Shown here: positions 1-8,295 of the stretch, in pieces | Numbering within the stretch: the stretch's first letter is position 1 | Layout of the letters: every line of letters starts with the position of its first letter | Assembly (NCBI GenBank): GCA_964372775.1 | Contig: CAYJRJ010000003.1 | Location: 1-55,585 of the forward strand | Source of the DNA: an uncultured Planctomycetales bacterium | GTDB taxonomy: Bacteria; Omnitrophota; Gorgyraeia; Aquiviventales; Aquiviventaceae | Length of the DNA: 55,585 bases | Reading direction: 5' to 3' | Notes under the pieces: model-generated | The model's database searches: none | The model's input: only the letters and a program-made list of their open reading frames with translations | What the model was told of the DNA's origin: nothing | Made by a program: the position numbers and the translations under genes

Positions 1-845
1 TAGCCCGCATGCTGGTAGGCGTAGAGGTTGTTGAAGATGTAGTACTCCAGCGTCGTCGTGGATCCATGCGGGCCGCCCTTCGTCAGGATGTAGGCGCCGA
101 GGAACCCGCCCTGAAAGCCGCCGATGATGCTCATCGTCAGCATGAAAAAGGTCGCCGGCGTGATCATGGGCCAGGTGACATTCCAGAACGTCCGCCAGGC
201 CCCCGCCCCGTCGATTTCCGCCGCCTCGTAGAGCTCGTGAGGAATGCTCTGCAGCGCGGCGAGGTAGTAGATCATGTTCATGCCGCCGACGAGCGTCCAG
301 AAGCCCATGAGCATCAGCGCGGGTTTGGCCCAGGCAGGATCGCTGAGCCACTGGGGCCCGACCAGCGGTATCCTGATGAGCTGGCCGAAGCTCTCGATGT
401 AGTCGTTGACCAGCCCGAACTCCGGGTTGTACAGCCAGCCCCACAGCAGCGCCACAGCCACGGCGGAGGAAATCGAGGGGAGAAAGACCAGCGTGCGAAA
501 CAGGACCAGACCCTTCATGCGCTGGTTGAGCATGATGGCGAGCAGCAGCGACCCGGCCATGTTGAACGGAATGGCGAACATCAGAAACAACGTGTTCCAC
601 GTGTACTTCCAGAACAAGGGGTCGTTCGCCGCCCACCGGCCGCCCTCCTGGTGCCACCCGAGCAGCTGGACATAGTTGTCCAGCCCGACGAACGTCGGCG
701 GCCAGCTGATGATGTCCCATTCAAAAAAGCTCAAGGCGAGCGAGGCGATGACCGGCAGGGCGGTAAAGGCGAGAAATCCGAGGATATTGGGAAGGAGGAA
801 GACGAGAGCGATCCACAACTCTTGCCGCGGGCGTTTGGATGACAC
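1..845 (-). CDS. Sugar ABC transporter permease (MalF/UgpA type); only the N-terminal part is in the window, the C-terminus lies beyond the left edge
   Basis: Not in the ORF track because there is no stop in the window. My reverse-strand translation reads (V)SSKRPRQELWIALVFLLPNILGFLAFTALPVIASL... and contains the permease EAA loop LYEAAEIDGAGAWRTFWNVTWPMITP. The start is ambiguous (GTG 845, TTG 860 or CTG 863) and follows directly after the TAA (864-866) of the upstream gene. Confidence 0.8.
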   Translation of the reverse strand, partial: MSSKRPRQELWIALVFLLPNILGFLAFTALPVIASLALSFFEWDIISWPPTFVGLDNYVQLLGWHQEGGRWAANDPLFWKYTWNTLFLMFAIPFNMAGSLLLAIMLNQRMKGLVLFRTLVFLPSISSAVAVALLWGWLYNPEFGLVNDYIESFGQLIRIPLVGPQWLSDPAWAKPALMLMGFWTLVGGMNMIYYLAALQSIPHELYEAAEIDGAGAWRTFWNVTWPMITPATFFMLTMSIIGGFQGGFLGAYILTKGGPHGSTTTLEYYIFNNLYAYQHAG

Positions 846-863
846 TCCTGCATTGTACAACAG

Positions 864-2843
864 TTATGGCGCGTTCGCGAGAGTTTCTGAGCCAAAGAAG
901 CGCTCTTCCTTGAGCAGCCACTCCGCGCGCCGCATGATCGGATCCGCGCGAAATCGCCGCTGAATCGCGCCGTTGTTGAGATGGTTATTGAGCGCAATGA
1001 GGCTCATGCCCTGGTCGAGCGCGAGGTACTTGTAGGCGACATCCCCCGTGGCGACATCCACCGAGTCATACAGGCCGTACGGCCCATACATGGGGTAGCG
1101 CGTCAGGAACTGGCGGATGTTCTCCTCGGCGGCCTCAGGCGCAAACGGCAGTGCCAGCATCGCGACGTGCGGCGTCACAATGGCCTCGTCCTTGTAGCCC
1201 TTGGCCCCGAGTGCTGCAACCCCGTACTCGGAGTAGCCGCCGTGGCGATCGTTCGGCGTTGCGCAGGGTGAGAGGCCCCACACCGGGAACTCCCGCTCCC
1301 GGAGGGCGTAGCGGATGTGCAGATCGACCGCCCGCTGATCGTTCAAGCCCAGGCCGTGGGGGGCGAGCCGCTGCTCATCGATGATCATCGTCGGCATCAG
1401 GAACTCAAAGAGACTGCCGCCCCAGCTGGGCACGATGGGAATCGGCTGCGAGTCGGCCGTGTAGGTGTAGTAGCCCTGGAACACGTCATAGCCACGGTAG
1501 GTCTGGAACTGCCCCTGGGGCGCTTGCCGCTGCCACGTCCACTCTTTGGGGAGGGTGCGGTAGATGCGAAACCAGTGCCGCTCAGGCACATCTCCCTTGC
1601 CGATCGCGATGACGCTGATGATGCGCGCTTCCGTGGCCAGCAGCCCGTAGTGGTAGGGCGCAAACTGCCCCTTCTCGGTGTCATAGCCCAGACGAATCTG
1701 CCCGACATCGGGATCGTAGAAGATTTCGAAGTCCATCGGATCCAGCAGCGCGTTCGCCAGGTGTGCGAGCTGCGGAAACGCCTGGCGGATCACGATGAGT
1801 GCTGCGGCCAGCCAGCCGTTGTCGACGCTGGAGATGTAGCGGTTGGTGATTTGGAGGTTGGTGGTGTTGTAGTAATTGTAGAAGAACGATTTCCACCTGG
1901 GGAGCTGCTGGAGCTGCTCAAGCGTCTGCTTGATGCGCTCCTGCGCCGAGGCGTGATCGATGAAGTCGAAATCGACGGCGCTGACCACGCTCATGAGGTA
2001 CATGGCGACATCGGTGGTCGACGCGTAGTCGCCGATGCGCCGCTGGGGGGCCAGCTGAATGTAGTTCAGCGGCAGGTGGTGACGCCGGTCGACGAGGTCG
2101 CGAAAATACCCCCAGGTGTCGCCGGCGATCGCCCGCAGCCGCTCCTTCGGCGGCAGCGACAACAGATGGCGCGGCTTGACCAGGACGGCGCGAGGGCTGC
2201 CAAGCAAGTTATCTTCGAGCGAGCGGGTGAAGAGCAGCGCAGGGCCGACAAACTCGATGTCATCAACGGCGAGCTCTCCTTTGACCGCCTCGCGCTGGGC
2301 GCCGATGCGCAGGATGAACCGGCCGAGCCGGTCGAAGTTGATGCCGGTAAACGTGCGGGCGGGAATCTCAATCGGCTTCCAGCGCCCCCCACCGGGAACC
2401 ACCACCTCGGCCTGGGCGCGCGCCCCCGCCCCGTCCACCAACTCGATGTGGAGCTTCTGCGGGGGCTGACCCGTCACCTTGAGCCACAACCGCACCGCGG
2501 TGGCGGCGCTGATGTCCAGATCATTGAGCCCGGTGCCCCAGCTGGCCGCTACACCGGCCGGCAGCTCGTACGTCATGCTCAGCGCCATGTCCCCTTCGGA
2601 TGGGGTGGGCATGCGAAGGATGGCGGGGCTCAGGCGCGCGGTGGAGGGGGTCTGGGTGAACGACTCGCCGCCGATGAGGTTGGGTTCGGCGCCGTCGTTG
2701 AAATCGTCGATGAGCTTCACGCGGCTGGCGGCCTGGAGCTTGAGCGCGGGGCGCGCCTTCCACCACAGGAAGGCTCCCATCCCGAGGCCGAGCAGACTGA
2801 CACCGAGGACAATGAGGAGCGCGCGCAGAACCGGTCGCCTCAT
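864..2843 (-). CDS. Secreted/anchored glucoamylase-family (DUF3131 / GH144-like, putative endo-beta-1,2-glucanase family) protein with an N-terminal carbohydrate-binding-like region
   Basis: ORF track, 659 aa. N-terminal hydrophobic anchor RALLIVLGVSLLGLGMGAFLWW. C-terminal (alpha/alpha)6-type motifs recognised from memory: NYYNTTNLQITNRYISSVDNGWLAAAL, VPSWGGSLFEFLMP, YGLYDSVDV...ALDQGMSLIALNN. Confidence 0.7.
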   Translation of the reverse strand: MRRPVLRALLIVLGVSLLGLGMGAFLWWKARPALKLQAASRVKLIDDFNDGAEPNLIGGESFTQTPSTARLSPAILRMPTPSEGDMALSMTYELPAGVAASWGTGLNDLDISAATAVRLWLKVTGQPPQKLHIELVDGAGARAQAEVVVPGGGRWKPIEIPARTFTGINFDRLGRFILRIGAQREAVKGELAVDDIEFVGPALLFTRSLEDNLLGSPRAVLVKPRHLLSLPPKERLRAIAGDTWGYFRDLVDRRHHLPLNYIQLAPQRRIGDYASTTDVAMYLMSVVSAVDFDFIDHASAQERIKQTLEQLQQLPRWKSFFYNYYNTTNLQITNRYISSVDNGWLAAALIVIRQAFPQLAHLANALLDPMDFEIFYDPDVGQIRLGYDTEKGQFAPYHYGLLATEARIISVIAIGKGDVPERHWFRIYRTLPKEWTWQRQAPQGQFQTYRGYDVFQGYYTYTADSQPIPIVPSWGGSLFEFLMPTMIIDEQRLAPHGLGLNDQRAVDLHIRYALREREFPVWGLSPCATPNDRHGGYSEYGVAALGAKGYKDEAIVTPHVAMLALPFAPEAAEENIRQFLTRYPMYGPYGLYDSVDVATGDVAYKYLALDQGMSLIALNNHLNNGAIQRRFRADPIMRRAEWLLKEERFFGSETLANAP

Positions 2844-2882
2844 AAGGCTAGTTCACACGCCACCTCATTGAGGCGATGACCC

Positions 2883-3467
2883 TCACCCCTCGAAGAGGAT
2901 CTCGTCGATGTAGATTGTGCCGACCTTCTTCGTCGATGTGATATCGTCAAACACGATGACGAACTCGGTCATGGAGTTCCACTCGGTGATTCCGGCGAAG
3001 TCCTTGAGCGGAATGCTCACCTTCTGCCACTCGTCGCTGATCCCCTTGAGGAGGTAGCGGCCGACTTCGCTGCCGTTCTTGATTTCCACCTTGATCTGCG
3101 GGGTGAAGCCGCGCGCCGCATCGCCCTTGATGTAGAAGCTGACCGTTTTGTAGGTCGTCAGGTTCGTGTTCTGGAGCTTCATCCAGAAGCCGTTGTAGGC
3201 CGGGTTCGGCGAGTCGACATCGTAGTCCAGACGCAGCGAGTAGCCGGCATTGCCGAAGGCGTTGGACTTGTCAAAGGCGATCGTGCAGCGCTGCGTGGGG
3301 TCTGAGGGATCCTTGTCCCACGAGCCGTAGTCCCCGCCCAGAGCGTTGGGCTTCTCGCCCCGGTCAAAGTCGTCCACCAAGAGCATCGCCGCCGCACTCG
3401 ATGGAGCTGACACGAACAGCGCTACGGCGCACCCCACCAACACGCCAAATCCAACCGTCCGTTTCAT
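2883..3467 (-). CDS. Secreted carbohydrate-binding-module-like protein (CBM11/CIA30-like beta-sandwich)
   Basis: ORF track, 194 aa. Signal peptide MKRTVGFGVLVGCAVALFVSAPSSAAA. LVDDFD...GG.YG.W start typical of CIA30/CBM11-like modules. RBS AGGAGG lies 6 nt before ATG 3467. Confidence 0.6.
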   Translation of the reverse strand: MKRTVGFGVLVGCAVALFVSAPSSAAAMLLVDDFDRGEKPNALGGDYGSWDKDPSDPTQRCTIAFDKSNAFGNAGYSLRLDYDVDSPNPAYNGFWMKLQNTNLTTYKTVSFYIKGDAARGFTPQIKVEIKNGSEVGRYLLKGISDEWQKVSIPLKDFAGITEWNSMTEFVIVFDDITSTKKVGTIYIDEILFEG

Positions 3468-3530
3468 GTGACACCTCCTGTTTGCATAGGGAAACAGCGT
3501 TTCTATTTTACCACATCTGAGGCGCCCTGG

Positions 3531-5987
3531 CTACTTGCCCAAGATGACGCGCACCTGGTGCGCCTGCCCGTCCCGCAGGTCCGGCAGCAGGGGGTTCTTC
3601 AGCAGTTTGCCATCCAGCCAGACGGCGCCCACCCCCCGGCAGACGTGCCGGGGATTCTCGACACTAATCTGGAAGGTCGTGCCGCGGAAGTAGCGGACCA
3701 TGCGAAAGCCGTTCCACGTGGCAGGGATGCAGGGGTCCACCAGCAAGCCCTTGCGGGTGGCCCGGATCCCCAGAATGTATTCGGTGGACACGCGAAACAG
3801 CCACGCGGCCGAGCCGGTGTACCACGTCCACCCCGCCCGGCCGAAGTACGGAGTCTCGGGGCCGTCGGTATTGCCAGGCATCACATACGGTTCGCCGGCG
3901 TAGAGATCAGGGTCCATGCCCCGCTTGGGCGGGCAGACCTTCGAGTACATCTCATAGGCCAGATCGCCCTTGCCCAGCAGACACTCGGCTAAGATCGCCC
4001 ACATCGCCGCGTGGGAGTAGACGCCGCCGTTTTCCCGCGTGCCCGGCGCGTAGCGCGTGATGTAGCCGATGCTGGAATCCGGTTTGGTATACGCCGGGGT
4101 GAGCAAGAGCGGCCCGTACTCTCGATTCAGCAACTGTTCCATCGAGGCCATGGCTTTCTTCGCGCGCTCGGGTGTGGCGGTGCCGCAGATGACCGACCAC
4201 GTCTGGGCATTGAGGAAGATCCGGCCCTCGGTGTTCTTCTTGCTGCCGATGATCTCCCCGTTGTCGCGCGTCGCGCGCCAGTACCACTGGCCGTCCCAAC
4301 CATAACGATTCACCGCGCGCTTCAACGCCTCGGACCGCGTGCGGTAGCGGCGGGCGTTGGCGGCGAGTGTCGTCTGGCTGAAGCCGGAGATCTTGATCTT
4401 GGACTGGCGGCTGAGCTCTTCGCACAGCGCCGCCCATCGCTGGAGCATCCCATAGAGGTAGTGGCCGAGCCAGATGCTCTCTCCCTTCCCCAAGGCCCCA
4501 ACGGCCGAGAGCCCATCGTTCCAGTCGCCGTGGCCAATCAGCGGAAGCCCCCGCTTGCTGAAGCGCTTGAGCGTCAGCTCAATCGAACGCGTGCAGTGGT
4601 CAAACAGCGGACGTGCCGGGCCGTCGAGATACGCCGCCGGCTCTTTCAGCGCGGCCAGATCGTCGGTCTCATCGAGGTAACTGAGCGCAAGATACACGAG
4701 CCACAGGTGGGGGTCGCTGAGGCCCGAACGGGGCCCGGCCTCGGTGAGCGGAAACCACCAGTGCAGCACGATACCGTCGAGGTGCTGGTGACGCGCATGC
4801 AGCAGGATCTGCTTCTTCGTCAGCTCGGGCGAGAGCGGCAGGAAGACATGGCTGTCCTGGAGCTGATCCCGGTAGCCGTAGGCCGCGCTCGACTGATAGA
4901 ATGCGGTGCGCGCCCACATGCGCCCGCAGATCGCCTGGTATTTGAGCCAGACGTTCGTCATGAGGTTGAAGGCGGGATCGGGCGTCTCGACGCGCAGCCG
5001 GTTCAAGAAGGGCTCCCACTGGCGCTTCACACCGTCGAGCGCCTTGCGCACGCCCTCGATGCTGCCCCAGGTGTGAATCATCGTCTCGGCCGCGTCGCGG
5101 CTCTCGTACTTGCCCAGAAGAAACACGGTCTCCTGCGTGTCGCCGGCAGCGATCTCCAGCTGCACGTGGAGGCTCGCTGCCGAGTCGCCCCACCGGCCGT
5201 GCGTGTTGCTCAGCTTCCCCGCCTGAACACCCTCCGGCTGGTGCAATCCTCGGACACGGCCGAGGAAATGCTCCTTGTCGCCTTCATGCGAGACAACCGG
5301 CCGGTTCACCGAGTGAAATCCTGAGAGCGGCCACTCGGACATCCCCGTGCTGATGTGGGCCGGCATCGCCAGCGGCCGCTTGACGCCGATGACCGCGCGC
5401 AGCGTCTCGTCATAGTTGGTTTCGATGAACGTCTTCTGGAACTCGCGGTGCCAGTCCGTGCCGTTGCCCAGGCACCATTCGAGGTACGAAAAGAGGCTCA
5501 GGCGGCGGGGCTTGGCATCGAGGTTCTTAACCTGCACGTGCCAGATCTCGAGCGCGTCGTTGGGCGGGACGACCAGCGTCCAGCGCGTCTCGATCTTGTT
5601 GACCCGCTGGATGAATGTCGTGGAGCCGATCGAGTGGCGCACTTCGTAGTGCTCATAGGCCGCGCGCACCGGAGTCCAGCTCGCCGACCAGAACTCGCCG
5701 GTCTCCTCATCGCGGATGTAGAGGAATTTGCCCGACTCGTCGCGGATGATGTCCTGCGTCCAGGAGGTCAGCCGCGCGAGGTTAGCGTTTTCCCACCAGC
5801 TGAACCCCCCGCCGGTCTGCGAGATGATCAGCCCGTAGCTGCCGTTGCACAGGATGTTGATCCAGGGCCGCGGCGCATCCGGGCGCGTGATGACATACGT
5901 CCGGCCGTCGTCCTGGAATTCGCCGTATTTCGTTTTAAACAGCGGCTGACCGGTGCGCACCTGTGACGTGGCTTGCGACGAACCCAT
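3531..5987 (-). CDS. GH94 glycoside phosphorylase (cellobiose/chitobiose/beta-glucan oligosaccharide phosphorylase family)
   Basis: ORF track, 818 aa. Family motifs: PRPWINILCNG, GGGFSWWENA, TRENGGVYSHAAMWAILAE, GEPYVMPGN, WTWYTGSAAWLFRV, LLVDPCIPATWNGF. Confidence 0.85.
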   Translation of the reverse strand: MGSSQATSQVRTGQPLFKTKYGEFQDDGRTYVITRPDAPRPWINILCNGSYGLIISQTGGGFSWWENANLARLTSWTQDIIRDESGKFLYIRDEETGEFWSASWTPVRAAYEHYEVRHSIGSTTFIQRVNKIETRWTLVVPPNDALEIWHVQVKNLDAKPRRLSLFSYLEWCLGNGTDWHREFQKTFIETNYDETLRAVIGVKRPLAMPAHISTGMSEWPLSGFHSVNRPVVSHEGDKEHFLGRVRGLHQPEGVQAGKLSNTHGRWGDSAASLHVQLEIAAGDTQETVFLLGKYESRDAAETMIHTWGSIEGVRKALDGVKRQWEPFLNRLRVETPDPAFNLMTNVWLKYQAICGRMWARTAFYQSSAAYGYRDQLQDSHVFLPLSPELTKKQILLHARHQHLDGIVLHWWFPLTEAGPRSGLSDPHLWLVYLALSYLDETDDLAALKEPAAYLDGPARPLFDHCTRSIELTLKRFSKRGLPLIGHGDWNDGLSAVGALGKGESIWLGHYLYGMLQRWAALCEELSRQSKIKISGFSQTTLAANARRYRTRSEALKRAVNRYGWDGQWYWRATRDNGEIIGSKKNTEGRIFLNAQTWSVICGTATPERAKKAMASMEQLLNREYGPLLLTPAYTKPDSSIGYITRYAPGTRENGGVYSHAAMWAILAECLLGKGDLAYEMYSKVCPPKRGMDPDLYAGEPYVMPGNTDGPETPYFGRAGWTWYTGSAAWLFRVSTEYILGIRATRKGLLVDPCIPATWNGFRMVRYFRGTTFQISVENPRHVCRGVGAVWLDGKLLKNPLLPDLRDGQAHQVRVILGK

Positions 5988-6015
5988 GCGTATGCAATCC
6001 TTCCTGTATCTCAGA

Positions 6016-6102
6016 TGACACAGATTTCAACAATTGATTACACAGATTGTTGCGAGCAGTTTGATCTGTGTAATCGAATTTCATCTTCTGTGACATCTGT
6101 GG
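6016..6102. promoter_or_regulatory. AT-richer intercistronic element with four CACAGAT heptads arranged direct-direct-inverted-inverted
   Basis: TGACACAGAT (6016-6025), TTACACAGATTG (6038-6049), TTGATCTGTGTAA (6061-6073), ACATCTGTGG (6093-6102). The inner pair forms a 10-bp inverted repeat, TTACACAGAT/ATCTGTGTAA, around a 16-nt loop. Confidence 0.35.
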
Positions 6103-7380
6103 TTACGGTTTCTGTTTAGCGAGTTCGGCGTTGACTTGCGAAACCGCCACGTCCATCGCCTCTTTCGCGCTCTTCTGTCCGTTAAACACCAGGTCGAGCT
6201 CAGGCCCGATGTAGCGGTCGAACAGCTCGCGCCACTCTGGGATGAACGGCTCGTACATGACGTGCTTCACCGCCTGGTTCAACATCTTCTTATTCAGCGG
6301 CGGCAGGGGGCTGCGGGCGAACGCCTCGCTCTCGGCCACCTGTTTGAGCGCCGGCTGTGTGAGGCCGGTGTCGGCGAGGCGCGCCTGCGACTCCGGTCCG
6401 GCGAGCGCCTTGAGCACCTCCCACGCAAGGTCAGGATGCGGGCTCGACTTCAAGATACCGTAGCCGGTGCCGCCAGTGCCAAAGGCACGCGCGCCACGCG
6501 GCCCCTTAGGAAACATCACGACATCCCAACCGAACTCCTTGATCTGCCGAAGAATCGGCACCTCCCAGTGGCCTGAAGAGAACATCGCGACCCGCTGCGT
6601 CATGAACAGCTGCTGCGCGCCCATCGCGAGGTTGCCCAGCGCAATCGGAGTCGGGGCGACATGGTGCAGATTCATGAGGTCGGCGAAGAACTGCAGCCCG
6701 TTGACGGCCGCCGGTTCGCTCAAGAGACAGCGGGTCGGTTTGTACAAATCGTCGACGAGCGTGCCTCCGTAGCTGTACACGAAGTTCTGCCACGCCCAGG
6801 CGTAGAAGCCGTATTGGCTGATCTTGCCATCGGGACCGGTCTTGGTCAGCTGCTGCGAGATCTCCAGTAGATCGTTGAGCGTCCACTCATCCGTCGGGTA
6901 CGAGAGCCCGGCTTCGTCAAAGAGCTGCTTGTTGTAGTAGATGCAGGCGAAGGGCGCGGTGTCGCGCGGGATGGCGTAGACCTGATCGTCGACGGTAAAC
7001 CGCTCGATCACCTGAGGGAAGAAGGAAGAGGAATGAAACTGCGGATCGCGCTCCATGAATTGATTCAGCGGGAGAAACACGCCCTTGGCCCAGAGCGTTG
7101 GAAACAGGTTGACTTCAACGGCCATGATGTCCGGCGCAACATTGCCGGCCATGCGGGTGAGGAGGCGGCTGGTGTAGGCGCTAAATGGGGTGTGCTCCAG
7201 GCGCACCTTCACGTCCGGATGCTGGCGCTGCCAATCGGTGACGAGCGACTGGATGATGGCGATTTCTTCCGGCCCGCCCCAATACGCGACTTTGATCGTC
7301 GTCGCGGCGGCGTGTCCCGGCGTCTTGCCGCAGCCGCACAGCAGCCCCATGACAACCAATACTCCTGCAAGGTGACGCAT
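6103..7380 (-). CDS. ABC transporter extracellular solute-binding lipoprotein (family 1, sugar-binding)
   Basis: ORF track, 425 aa. Lipobox-like N-terminus MRHLAGVLVVMGLLCGCG. Typical SBP_bac_1 features: KVAYWGGPEE, LVTDWQRQHPDVKV, PDIMAVE. Confidence 0.85.
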   Translation of the reverse strand: MRHLAGVLVVMGLLCGCGKTPGHAAATTIKVAYWGGPEEIAIIQSLVTDWQRQHPDVKVRLEHTPFSAYTSRLLTRMAGNVAPDIMAVEVNLFPTLWAKGVFLPLNQFMERDPQFHSSSFFPQVIERFTVDDQVYAIPRDTAPFACIYYNKQLFDEAGLSYPTDEWTLNDLLEISQQLTKTGPDGKISQYGFYAWAWQNFVYSYGGTLVDDLYKPTRCLLSEPAAVNGLQFFADLMNLHHVAPTPIALGNLAMGAQQLFMTQRVAMFSSGHWEVPILRQIKEFGWDVVMFPKGPRGARAFGTGGTGYGILKSSPHPDLAWEVLKALAGPESQARLADTGLTQPALKQVAESEAFARSPLPPLNKKMLNQAVKHVMYEPFIPEWRELFDRYIGPELDLVFNGQKSAKEAMDVAVSQVNAELAKQKP

Positions 7381-7413
7381 GATGGTGTCCTGGTGTTGGT
7401 GGTGCGTGATCAG

Positions 7414-7429
7414 ACGTCCGGCAGGACGT
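7414..7429 (-). terminator. Weak hairpin after the PilZ genes (ACGTCC-tgcc-GGACGT), with no U-tract
   Basis: 6-bp GC-rich stem read directly from the sequence, 8 nt after the TAA at 7437-7439. Confidence 0.2.
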
Positions 7430-7436
7430 GTGCGGA

Positions 7437-7904
7437 TTACCCGGTGCGGGGAATCGCGCTCAATGCGGTGAGATCTTCCATAAACTCCACGGCGACGCCG
7501 AAGCGCTTACGCTCGGCATCCTGTGTCGACAGCTCATGGACGCGCACGACGCGCCCTCGTCCCGACAAACGGGTGAACGGGAACGCGCGCGTCTGCGGCT
7601 CTGGAATGGCGATGGAGGCCAGGATGATATCGTTGGCGCTGAGGCGGTCGCCGTGCTCGGTCTCGAAGTAGAGGCCGGCCAGGCTGACGTCGCGGGTGGT
7701 GTGATCCTTGAGCACCTGCGGTTTCGACGGATCCAATCGCCGAATGACGACCGGCGCTTCGACAGTGGCCCGTCGGCTCCGGCGTCGTTCAAGGTGTCCC
7801 TGCCCCATGCGTGTGTGCTGCCGCTCCGGCGTGTCGCGGATCGCGATCACGCGAGTAGTGTAGTACAGCCCTTTCCTGTTCTCAAGAACAATTTCCCTAT
7901 TCAC
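7437..7904 (-). CDS. PilZ domain protein (putative c-di-GMP receptor)
   Basis: ORF track, 155 aa. ERRRSRRATVEAPV (RRxxxR) and DVSLAGLYFET (DxSxxG). The GTG start overlaps the stop of the upstream PilZ gene by 8 nt. An internal ATG (7808, MGQGHLERRR) is an alternative start. Confidence 0.75.
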   Translation of the reverse strand: MNREIVLENRKGLYYTTRVIAIRDTPERQHTRMGQGHLERRRSRRATVEAPVVIRRLDPSKPQVLKDHTTRDVSLAGLYFETEHGDRLSANDIILASIAIPEPQTRAFPFTRLSGRGRVVRVHELSTQDAERKRFGVAVEFMEDLTALSAIPRTG

Positions 7905-8292
7905 GAGACATGGCCGCCAGCGCGGTCACATCTTCGCCAAGTTCCAGCGCGACGCCTGCGAGCGCCTGTTGGCCCTCGTTGGCGCCGGCCAGCGGAATCA
8001 TGCGGACGACCCGGCCAAGGCCTTCGACCAGCGTAAACGGAAACTCCCCCGTCAGCTCCTTCGGAATGCTGGCGGAGACCACAAACATCCCGTCGGACGC
8101 ATACGACTCGGGGTGCTCGGTCTCGAAATACACACCGGCCAAATTGAGGTTCTTCGTCAGCTCGTGCGCCACCGATAGCGCCTGGCCTGACTCAACGCGC
8201 CGAACCGACAGCGGCACCTCCAGGTTGACGCGGCGTCCTCGACGACGCTCCGTCATAGCAACACCGCCATATTGGTGTTGGCCCTCCATCAC
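7897..8292 (-). CDS. PilZ domain protein (paralog of the downstream gene)
   Basis: ORF track, 131 aa. TERRRGRRVNLEVPL and NLNLAGVYFETEH. RBS AAGGAGGTGA lies just upstream; GTG 8292 and ATG 8289 are both possible starts. Confidence 0.8.
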   Translation of the reverse strand: MMEGQHQYGGVAMTERRRGRRVNLEVPLSVRRVESGQALSVAHELTKNLNLAGVYFETEHPESYASDGMFVVSASIPKELTGEFPFTLVEGLGRVVRMIPLAGANEGQQALAGVALELGEDVTALAAMSRE

Positions 8293-8295
8293 TTC

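Noticed and set aside
1317-2879. Long plus-strand ORFs in the track, such as 9..842, 1317..2879, 4011..5324, 14920..17025, 23382..25040, 47667..49064 and many others
   Set aside because: All lie antisense to minus-strand genes with clear family motifs. Their translations are Arg/Pro/Gly/Ala-rich with no recognisable domains, RBS or promoter. They are typical GC-rich shadow ORFs.
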